The notes under the pieces: generated by a model | The model's input: the letters and a program-made list of their open reading frames with translations, nothing else | What the model was told of the DNA's origin: nothing | The model's database searches: none | Translations under genes and position numbers: made by a program | NCBI GenBank assembly: GCA_037481835.1 | Contig: JBBFKW010000003.1 | Coordinates: 128,001 to 192,000, forward strand | Length of the DNA stretch: 64,000 bases | Direction of reading: 5' to 3' | Source of the DNA: Desulfosoma sp. | GTDB taxonomy: Bacteria > Desulfobacterota > Syntrophobacteria > Syntrophobacterales > DSM-9756 | In this document: positions 30,248 to 39,188 of the stretch, one piece after another | Position numbering within the stretch: the stretch's first letter is position 1 | How the letters are laid out: the number at the start of each line of letters is the position of its first letter

Positions 30248-32070
30248 GGGGTGTCGTCGGTTTCTCGCAGGTTGAACAGGAGCTTCCAGCGGCGTTGCGG
30301 GTCGTCCCGATGGACGCACCACAGTTCCAAAACCCCGGTTTCCGTAAAAGCGGCTTCCAAACGCACGGGAACCAGGGTGCCTCCCCCTTCGTTTTCCGTG
30401 GGGGTGAGCGTCGTTTCCATGGTGACGACTTCGGTGATTTCGCCCGTCCAGTCTTCCACCACCTCGCCCGGGGCGTCGTCCTTACGGGTGGTGGAAGCCA
30501 AGAGCGGGAAGGCGGCGGGTTCCCCGACCACCAAGCCGAAGTCCCGTTCCCGGATCGTCAGGGTGCTTCCTTCTTCCAGCCCGAAGGGAATGACGCACAA
30601 GGCCTTGACCGGGGTGGGTACACCGGGCACGGCGGGCATGGCCGATTCGATCCCGATGTAATAGCTCCGGGCCGCTCCGGCCCGGATGCGCAGCCCAAAG
30701 CCGCGGCGCACCCGCCCGTAGGCCGCCGCTCCCTTGGCCACGGCCAGATCCAAATCTTCGGCGGCGAGCTCTCGGGGCGGTGCGTCGGGATACCATCGGG
30801 AGAGGATTTCGAGGACGCGGTCCCGCACGCTTTGCGGCTTCATGACGCCGCCGTTGAAGAGCACATGGGTCGGAGCGCGGGGTCCGTCCGTTTGTCGACC
30901 GTTCAGATGCCGCGCGAGGAAAGCGGCGAGATGGCGTGTCACCGCCGGGTCGGTCTCGAAGGGAAGACCCATCTCCCGGACCCCCACGCGGACGGTCCGC
31001 ACAGGCTGGGCATCGGGGGCACAAGCGGGGAAGAAGCCTTCCAGGAGTGTGGCTTCCAGTTCGCTTCGGGTGAGTTCCGTGCGGATCGTTGCGCCGATGA
31101 GCGATGTGCCTCGACCCAGAACGGTCAAAGGAACGCTTTCCAGCGCAGGGCGGCTCAGGAGCTTTTCCTTGGCCCGCCGGCACTGGTGCCATAAGCCTCG
31201 AAATTGCCAGGCGTCCAGAGAAGTGCCCGATGCGGCCAGCTTGGCCCGCACGGCGTGGGCCAGGGCCAGGTCCATGTTGTCCCCGCCCAGGAGCAAGTGG
31301 TTTCCCACGGCGATGCGCCGCAGGCTCAAGGCGCCGTCTTCGTCGATGACTTCGATGAGGCTGAAGTCCGTGGTGCCGCCCCCCACGTCGCACACGAGCA
31401 CCACATCGCCCACGTGGAGGATCTCACGCCATGCGTCCCCCTGCTGGGCCAGCCAGGCATACACGGCGGCCTGGGGTTCTTCCAGCAAGGTGAGCCGCTC
31501 CAGGCCGGCGTCCCGAGCCGCCTGGACCGTGAGTTCCCGAGCCACGGCGTCGAAGGATGCGGGCACGGTGAGGTACACGTCTTGATGTTCCAGCCGTTTC
31601 GCCTCATCGGTTCGGGCGATCATGTGGTTCCAGGCGTCCTTGAGATGACGCAGGTAGAGGGTGGAGGCTTCCACGGGGGACACCGTGCGCACGTCTTTGG
31701 GGGCATCCCAAGGGAGGATGGGGGCCGTGCGGTCCACCCCGGCATGGCACAGCCAGGATTTGGCCGACGCCACGAGCCGGTTGGGGATTTCCGCGCCCCG
31801 TTCCCGGGCGAATTCCCCGACGACCCAGCCGGGATCGTCCGTCCAGGGCAGGGCCAGGCTGCCCGGCGGCACATCGTGGGGTCCCGGCAGGAACAGGAAA
31901 GAGGGCAGAAGGGGCCGAGGCTTCACTTCTCCCGGAGCCACCACCTGAGGGACGGGGACAATGGCGATGTCCGCCTCCGATCCTTCGGCTCCGTCCATGG
32001 CGGCCCAGGCCATCACCGAATGGGTGGTGCCCAAATCCACACCGACAACGCAAGGAGAATCCGACAACAA
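30244..32070 (-). CDS. Atypical Hsp70-family protein
   Basis: GVDLGTTHS, TVPASFD, EEPQAA, DVGGGTTD; TTG start after AGGAGG. Confidence 0.9.
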   Translation of the reverse strand: MLSDSPCVVGVDLGTTHSVMAWAAMDGAEGSEADIAIVPVPQVVAPGEVKPRPLLPSFLFLPGPHDVPPGSLALPWTDDPGWVVGEFARERGAEIPNRLVASAKSWLCHAGVDRTAPILPWDAPKDVRTVSPVEASTLYLRHLKDAWNHMIARTDEAKRLEHQDVYLTVPASFDAVARELTVQAARDAGLERLTLLEEPQAAVYAWLAQQGDAWREILHVGDVVLVCDVGGGTTDFSLIEVIDEDGALSLRRIAVGNHLLLGGDNMDLALAHAVRAKLAASGTSLDAWQFRGLWHQCRRAKEKLLSRPALESVPLTVLGRGTSLIGATIRTELTRSELEATLLEGFFPACAPDAQPVRTVRVGVREMGLPFETDPAVTRHLAAFLARHLNGRQTDGPRAPTHVLFNGGVMKPQSVRDRVLEILSRWYPDAPPRELAAEDLDLAVAKGAAAYGRVRRGFGLRIRAGAARSYYIGIESAMPAVPGVPTPVKALCVIPFGLEEGSTLTIRERDFGLVVGEPAAFPLLASTTRKDDAPGEVVEDWTGEITEVVTMETTLTPTENEGGGTLVPVRLEAAFTETGVLELWCVHRDDPQRRWKLLFNLRETDDTP

Positions 32071-32102
32071 AACCTCCTTATGAAAATCCTGAGAAAACCG
32101 AC

Positions 32103-32253
32103 GTTGGGGTTCGCTTCGCTTACCCCAGCCTACGAATTATGGAATGGCGGCCGGCGAGATGTGGGTTGGGGTTCGCTTCGCTTACCCCAACCTACGAATT
32201 ATGGAATGGCGGCCGGCGAGATGTAGGTTGGGGTGAGCGCAGCGAACCCCAAC
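32103..32253. repeat. Tandem REP array (62-bp period; two direct copies and one inverted copy)
   Basis: GTTGGGGTTCGCTTCGCTTACCCCA(G/A)CCTAC at 32103 and 32165, identical linkers, inverted REP at 32223-32253. Confidence 0.92.
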
Positions 32254-32350
32254 ACCATTCATTCCCCCCGGGAACGAGCGCCGAGAAACGCCGCATCCCC
32301 CAGAGGAAACGCCCCTATCGATCCCGGGACTCGCCATCCCGCCGCCCGTC

Positions 32351-33148
32351 TTACTCCTCGGCGACGATTTCCACTTCTGCCGGGGCGACGATCCGTTTCG
32401 TGCCCACCTGGGCCGTGAACGTCGGAAGCTGCACCTTTCGTATGCGCCACCCTCGATGCCGAAGCACACCGCGAAAAGGCGGATCTCCGGACACATTTCC
32501 CGTAAGGCGCACGGCCGCCGGGTCGAACCCGGACGGCACGGTCACCACGGACCCTTCCTCCTGGGCCATGACGGCTTCCAACTCCACGCATTCGGCCAAA
32601 GCCGCCTTGCACGATTCATGGATGCTGCGCACCGCGGCGCCGATCTGGGCATCTTCGTAGCGGTTGAGGTCCTCTTCGAGAAAATCGATGAACCGCCCTT
32701 GGCGCTGGAGCACGGAAAGCATTTGGACCGCTCCTACGGCCTTGGGGTCCATATCGTCCGGGAGCACTTCGGTGTCCTTGGGTGCGGGTTTTTGCGCCGA
32801 AACCTTCACCGGGGCAACCGCGCGGGAAGCCGCGACCGCCAAATCCACGGCGCGCCGCCCCATGGCCTGAACGACGATCCAAAGAAACAGAATGGCGACG
32901 CCGCCAAACCCAAAGATCACGGCGGGAAGATATCGCATCGCCTGCCGGATCAGCCCTTCCATGCGGATCAAGGCCGCGGCCGATTCCGGCGCCGCAGCCC
33001 CCCCTTGGCTCCCGAGAAACGGCTGGAGGTGCGCAAGGAGGCTCTGGAGCAGGTCCCGGCCCATCCAGAAAAAGGCGGCGAGCACCACGCCCTGAAAGAG
33101 CACGCAGGCGATGAGGGTTTGCAGGGTCAGTTTGGCTTTGGGTTGCAT
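32351..33148 (-). CDS. Membrane-anchored DUF2760-like protein
   Basis: Two N-terminal TMs; LQRQGRFIDFLEED, DAQIGAAVR, LTGNVSG..GVLRHRGW, IVAPAEVEI. Confidence 0.85.
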   Translation of the reverse strand: MQPKAKLTLQTLIACVLFQGVVLAAFFWMGRDLLQSLLAHLQPFLGSQGGAAAPESAAALIRMEGLIRQAMRYLPAVIFGFGGVAILFLWIVVQAMGRRAVDLAVAASRAVAPVKVSAQKPAPKDTEVLPDDMDPKAVGAVQMLSVLQRQGRFIDFLEEDLNRYEDAQIGAAVRSIHESCKAALAECVELEAVMAQEEGSVVTVPSGFDPAAVRLTGNVSGDPPFRGVLRHRGWRIRKVQLPTFTAQVGTKRIVAPAEVEIVAEE

Positions 33149-33248
33149 GGTCGTCCTCCCCATTTCCCGTGGGTATGGTCTTTGCGGGTTGCAAGGCTCT
33201 GTAGATTACAGAAAGAGTCCCGCCGAAACAAGCGGCCGCGCCGTTTTT

Positions 33249-34550
33249 TTACAGGAGCCGCTGAAGCAGGAAAAAGTAGGCCGTGCTGCAGGCGAGCAGC
33301 ACCGCACAGGGACGGGCCACAAGCCGCAGGACCTTGATGAGGGATGTGCCGAAGTACTCGTTGGAAAGAAGCAGGCACAGATGCAAAGGGGACAAAAGCA
33401 CCCCGACGAACCCGCTCACCAGCGCGAGCATCATGTAGCCCAGGATCCCGTGCGTTTCGCCGAAGCCGTGGATGAGGGAGATGAGGATGGGAAAAGTGGT
33501 GCCCACGAAGGCGATGGTGATCCCCACGACCATGCCCACAAGGAACGGCAAGATGACCGTGATGGGCATGAGCGGGATTTTCATGGCGAGAAGTTCGCGA
33601 CTGATGGCTTCCACGGCATGGGCGTCTTCCAGGATGCCTTTGAAGACGAGGATGGATCCCACCATGTAGAACATATCCCAGAGCTGGCGGCGTTTGAGGA
33701 TGCGGAGCCGTTCCGCGGCCGAAAGGTTGCCGCGGTGCCAGACCCAGAGGATGCTCGCCCCGAGGGCTGCGATGAGGCCCAATTCCTTGGCGACGGTTAT
33801 TTCCCTGGGAAAGGTCATGGATAGGACGAAGCCCAGGCCCAGCCCTCCGAAAATGACCAGGGCGATGGGCGCCAGTTCCCTCAAAAACGGCCGAAGGGGG
33901 GGCCGCCCTGTTTGCCCGGCGCCGTTCGATGGGTTGGAAGGGCCGGCGACTTCGGCGGCGAAAGACAGAGGAAGATACCCCGCCGCGACCGCCACGACCG
34001 TCATGGGGAAAAGGGCGAGGACGAACACCCACAGGTCCAAGCCGGCCAGCGTGGTCGTGAGAAGGACGCCGGGGTAAAGGGGCCACCAGTATTCCCAGAC
34101 GTGCCGAAACCAGTAGTTGATGTAGCTCAGCTGATCCCCGGAGAAGCGAAAGGCGCGCCCGAGGGTTTTGACCATGGGCGCGGAAAAGATGGCGCCTCCG
34201 GGCATGGGCAAAAGCCCGATCAGGGACGGAAAGATCACGAGATTGAGCTGCGGCGTGCGCACCAGGCCCTGGAAACTGGAAAGCAGCCGTTCCATCTGGC
34301 CCACGGCTTCCAGGCTGTGGCTGAGCACCAGGATGAGCGAGACGATGGCCGCAAGGGACAGGGTCTTGGCGTGGGTGAAAGAATGAAAGACGGAGACGGC
34401 CACATCCCCGGGCCCCATGGAAAAGAGAAATCCCAGGGCAACGGAGCCGAAAAAGAAGGCGTTTCCCAAGGACACCTTCTTTCGAATGGCCAAAAGAATG
34501 GCGAAGAAGACGATGAGCACCCGCACCAGGGCGGGCCAATGATCCGGCAT
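33249..34550 (-). CDS. DUF401-family membrane protein (putative transporter)
   Basis: PSLIGLLPMPGGAIFSAP, NYWFRHVWEYWWPLYP, SPLHLCL. Confidence 0.85.
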   Translation of the reverse strand: MPDHWPALVRVLIVFFAILLAIRKKVSLGNAFFFGSVALGFLFSMGPGDVAVSVFHSFTHAKTLSLAAIVSLILVLSHSLEAVGQMERLLSSFQGLVRTPQLNLVIFPSLIGLLPMPGGAIFSAPMVKTLGRAFRFSGDQLSYINYWFRHVWEYWWPLYPGVLLTTTLAGLDLWVFVLALFPMTVVAVAAGYLPLSFAAEVAGPSNPSNGAGQTGRPPLRPFLRELAPIALVIFGGLGLGFVLSMTFPREITVAKELGLIAALGASILWVWHRGNLSAAERLRILKRRQLWDMFYMVGSILVFKGILEDAHAVEAISRELLAMKIPLMPITVILPFLVGMVVGITIAFVGTTFPILISLIHGFGETHGILGYMMLALVSGFVGVLLSPLHLCLLLSNEYFGTSLIKVLRLVARPCAVLLACSTAYFFLLQRLL

Positions 34551-34580
34551 GATCAACACTCCCAGCGCCACAATTCCCCT

Positions 34581-34851
34581 TTCCCCGACAACTCCACCGG
34601 CCGCGAACCCCGCCCCACCCCGTCCCACCCCCCTTCACCTATGCCCATGCAACCCACGTGTCCACGTAGGTTGGGGTGAGCGAAGCGAACCCCAACAATC
34701 CCCCCCTTCCCCGACAACTCCACGGGCCGCGAACCCCACCACCGCCCGCTTCCAACCCCCTTCCCCCATGCCCATGCAACCCACATGGCCACGTAGGTTG
34801 GGGTGAGCGAAGCGAACCCCAACACCCCTCCGTTCCCCGACAACTCCACCG
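34581..34851. repeat. ~126-bp tandem repeat carrying GTAG-type REPs (REPIN/BIME-like)
   Basis: TTCCCCGACAACTCCAC at 34581, 34707 and 34833; REP GTAGGTTGGGGTGAGCGAAGCGAACCCCAAC at 34666 and 34793. Confidence 0.9.
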
Positions 34852-34859
34852 GGACGGGA

Positions 34860-35996
34860 TCACAACCTGCCCCACGATCGCACCGCCTGCACGAGGAAGT
34901 CTCGAAACCGGTCCGAATCCGACCCGAAATCCAAATCCAGGGCGGCATAGACGGCCCGTTGCGCAAGCTTCGGCGGGAGGCGCACCGCATCCTTTTCCGT
35001 GGTGACGATCCATCGCGCACCGGTTTTGCCGAGCGCCTGAAGAAGGCCCTGCTCATCCCGAGGCGTCCACCGATGGTGGTCTGCAAAAGCGAAACGCCGA
35101 AGGCACGGGATTCCCAGGGCGTCCAGAGCCCAAAAGAATCGCTCCGGCCGGGCGATTCCCGAAACGGCGATGCACGGGCCTCGGAAAAGGTCTTCCGGCG
35201 GCCCCGGAATGAAGGCCTGCCCGAAAGGGGGCGCCGCCGCGCCTGGGGGAGAGGCCGCAGCGTGGAAAAAACCGCCGAGGACGGGCCTCGCGTGAAAAAC
35301 GGGTTTTCCCAAAAGAGGCCCTTGGCGCAGGATGTCGGCCCCCGACGCTGAACTTTGCGCATTCCCGACGAAAATGGCCGCATGGGCCCGGGTGAGGCTT
35401 TCCGGCGGTTCCCGCAGAGGGCCCGCCGGCAGAAGCCTGCCGTTTCCCGTCGGGCGGGCCGCATCCAAAACGAGCAGATCCAGGTCGCGATGGAGCTGCA
35501 CGTGCTGGAAGCCGTCGTCCAAAACAAACACATCCGGTCCATCGTGGACGACGGCCCGCATGCCCGCTTTCCAGCGGTCCGCGCCGACCCAGACGGACGT
35601 CCAAGGAAGGCGGCGCGCCAAGAGCACCGGTTCGTCGCCGTAACGCTCGGCGCTCTTGTGGAGAGGCCCTTCAAGGCGCACCTTTTCCGCGCCCCGCCCC
35701 CGGCGGCCGTAGCCGCGAGTCAAGACGGCCGTGGAAAAGCCCGCTTGATACAATGTTCGAGCGATCCAGAGCACCGCCGGCGTCTTTCCCGTGCCGCCCA
35801 CGGTGATGTTCCCCACGCTGATGACGCAGCGCGGAAGCCTTTGCCGGCGTCGCAGGCGCCTTGCCTGGTCGCAGCGAAGCAGGCCCTTGTAAAGAGCCTC
35901 CAACGGGGCGAGGAAGCCGGCGGCAAGGCGGCCTCGTAAGGATCCCACCGGCTCCTCCCACAGCGATGGCCAGAAAGCGTGCCCTCGGCCTGTCAC
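34860..35996 (-). CDS. lpxK: Tetraacyldisaccharide 4'-kinase
   Basis: SVGNITVGGTGKTP, TRGYG, GDEP, DDGFQH, TTEKDAVR. Confidence 0.96.
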   Translation of the reverse strand: MTGRGHAFWPSLWEEPVGSLRGRLAAGFLAPLEALYKGLLRCDQARRLRRRQRLPRCVISVGNITVGGTGKTPAVLWIARTLYQAGFSTAVLTRGYGRRGRGAEKVRLEGPLHKSAERYGDEPVLLARRLPWTSVWVGADRWKAGMRAVVHDGPDVFVLDDGFQHVQLHRDLDLLVLDAARPTGNGRLLPAGPLREPPESLTRAHAAIFVGNAQSSASGADILRQGPLLGKPVFHARPVLGGFFHAAASPPGAAAPPFGQAFIPGPPEDLFRGPCIAVSGIARPERFFWALDALGIPCLRRFAFADHHRWTPRDEQGLLQALGKTGARWIVTTEKDAVRLPPKLAQRAVYAALDLDFGSDSDRFRDFLVQAVRSWGRL

Positions 35997-36280
35997 GGCT
36001 TCCCCCTTTGCGGCTTCTCCACGAGCGACTCCTTTTACCCAATCACCTCCGGGGGAACAAGCCCCTGGGATCTCGTCGGTTTACGGGAGATATGGACGGA
36101 AGGGGAGAGACCGGCCTGTGGGCGCTGAGCCTTCCCGTTCGTGGATTGTGCGGCCCTCACTGCAGGAAAACCGATATGTCACAGAGACTTTCATGCAAGA
36201 GATTCTCGCGCAAGCTCCCGGCAGTTCGAGTTTCATGCTTTGTTGTGACACCGCGACCTGCGAGCGTATCCCCGATTTTT

Positions 36281-36311
36281 GTTGGGGTTCGCTTCGCTCA
36301 CCCCAACCTAC
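36281..36311. repeat. Solo GTAG-type REP
   Basis: GTTGGGGTTCGCTTCGCTCACCCCAACCTAC. Confidence 0.9.
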
Positions 36312-36360
36312 GTCGCCGGCTTCATACAAGGCGGTCCTATATTCATCGTTTCCGCTCACG

Positions 36361-36430
36361 ATGCTTTCTTTGCGCCTTTGCGCCTTTGCGCGAGGCCTTT
36401 TTCCCCTCGCGCCAAGCCGCCAAGGCGCTA
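36361..36430. repeat. Second copy (inverted) of the (GCGCAAAG)n repeat
   Basis: CTTTGCGCCTTTGCGCCTTTGCGCGAGG...CGCCAAGCCGCCAAGGCGCT. Confidence 0.8.
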
Positions 36431-36621
36431 TTTTCTTTCGCGTGCCCCCATCACGCGGGGCGAGACAGTGAATACAGACGCATCGCTTGGGATCCCTTTG
36501 CCTGTGCGGGATCAACTTGACAGGGCCAATTGCGAAGGGAGATAGTCTGGCGAGTCCGCCGGGGACGTGCAGGCCCCATGAGCGCGCCGAGTTTTTTCCC
36601 CGTTCCCAAGGAGGCAAGCCC

Positions 36622-37110
36622 ATGTTCAACGCCGTGGAAGTGCTCAAAATGGCCGTGCGCATTGAAGAAAACGGAGAAAAATTTTACCGCAAGGCCATGG
36701 ACATTCAGGAAGATCCCCAACTGCGGGAGATTCTTCGGGAGCTCGCAGCCGATGAGGCCCGCCATGCGCAGTGGTTTGAAGCGATGCGGGAGCGCCTCAG
36801 CCGCGAGAGCGAAGACGAGGACCGGTGGGTCCGGGAAGTGAGCGGCGATCTCCTTCAGTCCATGATCGGTGACCAAACGTTCAGCCTCAAGGAAGTGGAT
36901 CCCGAAGATCTGGACAGCGTGGAAAAGATTCTGGAAACCGCCCTGGAATTCGAAAGGGACAGCATCCTGTTCTACGATATGCTCCGCGGTTTCATGGACG
37001 AGCGGGAAAGCGCCCAGGCCTTGCAGGACATCATCGCCGAAGAGGAGCTCCATGTGGAAATCCTGGAAGCCCGCCTCAAGGTCGTGCGTTCGGTGGAGGT
37101 TTCCCGGTGA
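36622..37110 (+). CDS. Rubrerythrin/ferritin-like di-iron protein
   Basis: EENGEKFY, DEARH, EFERDSILFY, EEELH (two E..ExxH sets); GGAGG RBS. Confidence 0.9.
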   Translation: MFNAVEVLKMAVRIEENGEKFYRKAMDIQEDPQLREILRELAADEARHAQWFEAMRERLSRESEDEDRWVREVSGDLLQSMIGDQTFSLKEVDPEDLDSVEKILETALEFERDSILFYDMLRGFMDERESAQALQDIIAEEELHVEILEARLKVVRSVEVSR

Positions 37111-37154
37111 AAGCCCGTTGTGCGGATTTGATTGCCGTTCATTCGCGCTAGGGC

Positions 37155-38138
37155 TCATCCGCGGTCCGGGAAGGGACGTCCCAAGGCGCGGGGAGCGCGG
37201 GCGCGCACGAACCGGAGCAGCCGGTCCGCCCATGGCCGAGCGGCCGCCCAGCGTTCCACTTCGGGCCTTTGGCCCAAGTGCATGAAGACCAGGGTGAAAA
37301 TCATGAGCGGGAAAGGGGCCGTCTGGAACACCTGGGACGGGACGGACGGCCAGATTCCCTGAAAGGTGATGCCGAGCATCTGGAGCACGGCGAAGAGATA
37401 GGCTCCGGCGGCCACCTTCAGGGGGTGCCATCCGCCGAAAATGACCAGCGCCAAAGCGATCCACCCCATGCCTTCGGCTCCCTGGGGCTGCCCCCAGCCC
37501 GGCTTCACACTCAACGAAAAGGCCGCCCCGGCCAGCCCCACCAAGACCCCACCGACCAGGGCATAAAAGACCTGCACATGCCGGGCGTTGATGCCTCGAG
37601 CGAAAGCCGCCTGGGGGTTTTCCCCCACGGCTCTCAAGACCAAGCCCGCTCGAGTCCGGTACAGGAAAAACCATGTCACGGCGACGGCCGCAACGGCCCC
37701 GTAGGTGATCAGAGTGTGCCGGAACAGGGCCGGGCCCACCCACGGCAGAACGTCCAGGCCCGGCACGGGAAAAACGGGCGCCTGGGGCCCGGGAATGCGC
37801 GCATAGGAGTTTCCCAAAAAGTAGGCCAGATCTTTGGTCATCAAGGTCAGGACGAAACCCACGGCCACCTGGGATTGGCCGAGATAGAGGCTCATCAGGG
37901 CCACCACGGCCGCCGTGGCCGCCCCTACGGCCGCTCCGGCGGCGAATCCGGCCAGGAGACTCCCGGTTTCCACCGCCGCGGCAAAACCCGCCATGGCCGA
38001 AAGGAGGATGGTGCCGTCCAAGGAGAGATTGATCAGGCCCGCCTTTTCCGTGAGGGTTTCACCCAAGGACGCCAGAACCAAGGGTGCCGCTCCCGCCAGA
38101 AGACTGGCCGCGAAAAGAGACAGGGGCCACTCGCTCAT
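37155..38138 (-). CDS. Nucleoside/sugar ABC transporter permease
   Basis: GETLTEKAGLINLSLDG; RAVGENP; GWIALALVIFG. Confidence 0.9.
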   Translation of the reverse strand: MSEWPLSLFAASLLAGAAPLVLASLGETLTEKAGLINLSLDGTILLSAMAGFAAAVETGSLLAGFAAGAAVGAATAAVVALMSLYLGQSQVAVGFVLTLMTKDLAYFLGNSYARIPGPQAPVFPVPGLDVLPWVGPALFRHTLITYGAVAAVAVTWFFLYRTRAGLVLRAVGENPQAAFARGINARHVQVFYALVGGVLVGLAGAAFSLSVKPGWGQPQGAEGMGWIALALVIFGGWHPLKVAAGAYLFAVLQMLGITFQGIWPSVPSQVFQTAPFPLMIFTLVFMHLGQRPEVERWAAARPWADRLLRFVRARAPRALGRPFPDRG

Positions 38139-39172
38139 GACGCCGTCCTCCGCCGCCATGCCGCCCCCTGGACCGCCAAAGCCGCCAGGACAAGGCTCCC
38201 TTGAATGACCCCTGCAAGGGACGAATCCATGCGCAGCATCATGGGCAGCTGGATGCTTCCCACGTTCAAGGCTGCAAAGAAAAAGGCGATGAACGGGATG
38301 CCCTGCCATCGGTATCCGGCGAGCATCACCACGAGCAGGGCCAGGTAGCCGTATTGGCTGGAGATGTTGGGGATGAGCCGGTGATAGACGGCGAGGACCT
38401 GGTACGCCCCGGCCAGGCCCGCCAGACCCCCGGCGAGCATCATGGCCAGAAGCATCCACCGCCGGGGGCTCAGGCCCAAGAGGTAGGCCGCCTGTTCGTT
38501 TCGGCCGATGGCCTTGAGGGCCAGGCCCAACCGGGTGGCCCGTAGGGTCCAGGCGACCGCTCCCAGGAGCACCACGGCGGCCGCCGCAGCATAAGGGGAA
38601 ACGGCCCAGCCGCCCGCCGTGGGAAACCAATAGTTTTCCGGGAAGGTTTCCGTGCCGCTCATGGAGGCGATCCCCGGCTGCTTCCACGGCCCGAAGATGA
38701 GCCACAACTGCAGGCCCGTGGCCACGAAGTTGAGCCCCAAGCCCGCAAAGATTTCGTTGACGCCGGCTCGTGTCTTCAAAATGCCGGCCGCCAGAGCCCA
38801 CAGGCCCCCGCACAAAACGGCGCCCGCCAAGGCTGCGGGGACGACCCATTGGGGCGGGGCTCCCAGCCCCCAGCGGATCAGGGCGGTGGCGCCCAGGGCG
38901 CCCAAGACGACCTGGCCTTCCACCCCGATGTTCCACAACCCGATCTGAAAGGTGTAGAGCAGGCCCAAGGCGCACAAGGTGAGCGGCACCCAGACGCGAA
39001 GGACCTGGGTGAGCTTGGCCCAGGATCCCAGGGACCCCACGATGAGGTGCCGGTAGGCTTCCAGGGGGGAGGCGCCGCCCAGGGCCACCACGGCGGAACT
39101 CAGGCCCAAAGCCAGAAGAATCGTCCAAAGAAAGCGCTGGGCGGCGTGTGCGAGACTCGGCGGCGGTGTCAT
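38135..39172 (-). CDS. Nucleoside/sugar ABC transporter permease
   Basis: WNIGVEGQ, VNEIFA; multiple TMs. Confidence 0.9.
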   Translation of the reverse strand: MTPPPSLAHAAQRFLWTILLALGLSSAVVALGGASPLEAYRHLIVGSLGSWAKLTQVLRVWVPLTLCALGLLYTFQIGLWNIGVEGQVVLGALGATALIRWGLGAPPQWVVPAALAGAVLCGGLWALAAGILKTRAGVNEIFAGLGLNFVATGLQLWLIFGPWKQPGIASMSGTETFPENYWFPTAGGWAVSPYAAAAAVVLLGAVAWTLRATRLGLALKAIGRNEQAAYLLGLSPRRWMLLAMMLAGGLAGLAGAYQVLAVYHRLIPNISSQYGYLALLVVMLAGYRWQGIPFIAFFFAALNVGSIQLPMMLRMDSSLAGVIQGSLVLAALAVQGAAWRRRTAS

Positions 39173-39188
39173 AAAGTGTGTTCCCGTT

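Noticed and set aside
27323..30661. 1112-aa ORF on the + strand, and similar long antisense ORFs opposite thrS, pheT, purL and valS
   Set aside because: Shadow ORFs caused by high-GC codon bias opposite clear genes; no recognisable motifs
27362..32070. Housekeeping dnaK or hscA
   Set aside because: No canonical linker or substrate-binding domain, and no dnaJ/grpE/isc context
32103..32253. CRISPR-like repeat-spacer pattern
   Set aside because: The spacers are identical, the last repeat is inverted, the same unit is dispersed across the window, and there are no cas genes; this is a REP array
34581..34851. CRISPR array
   Set aside because: The 'spacers' are ~95 bp and similar to each other; this is a tandem duplication
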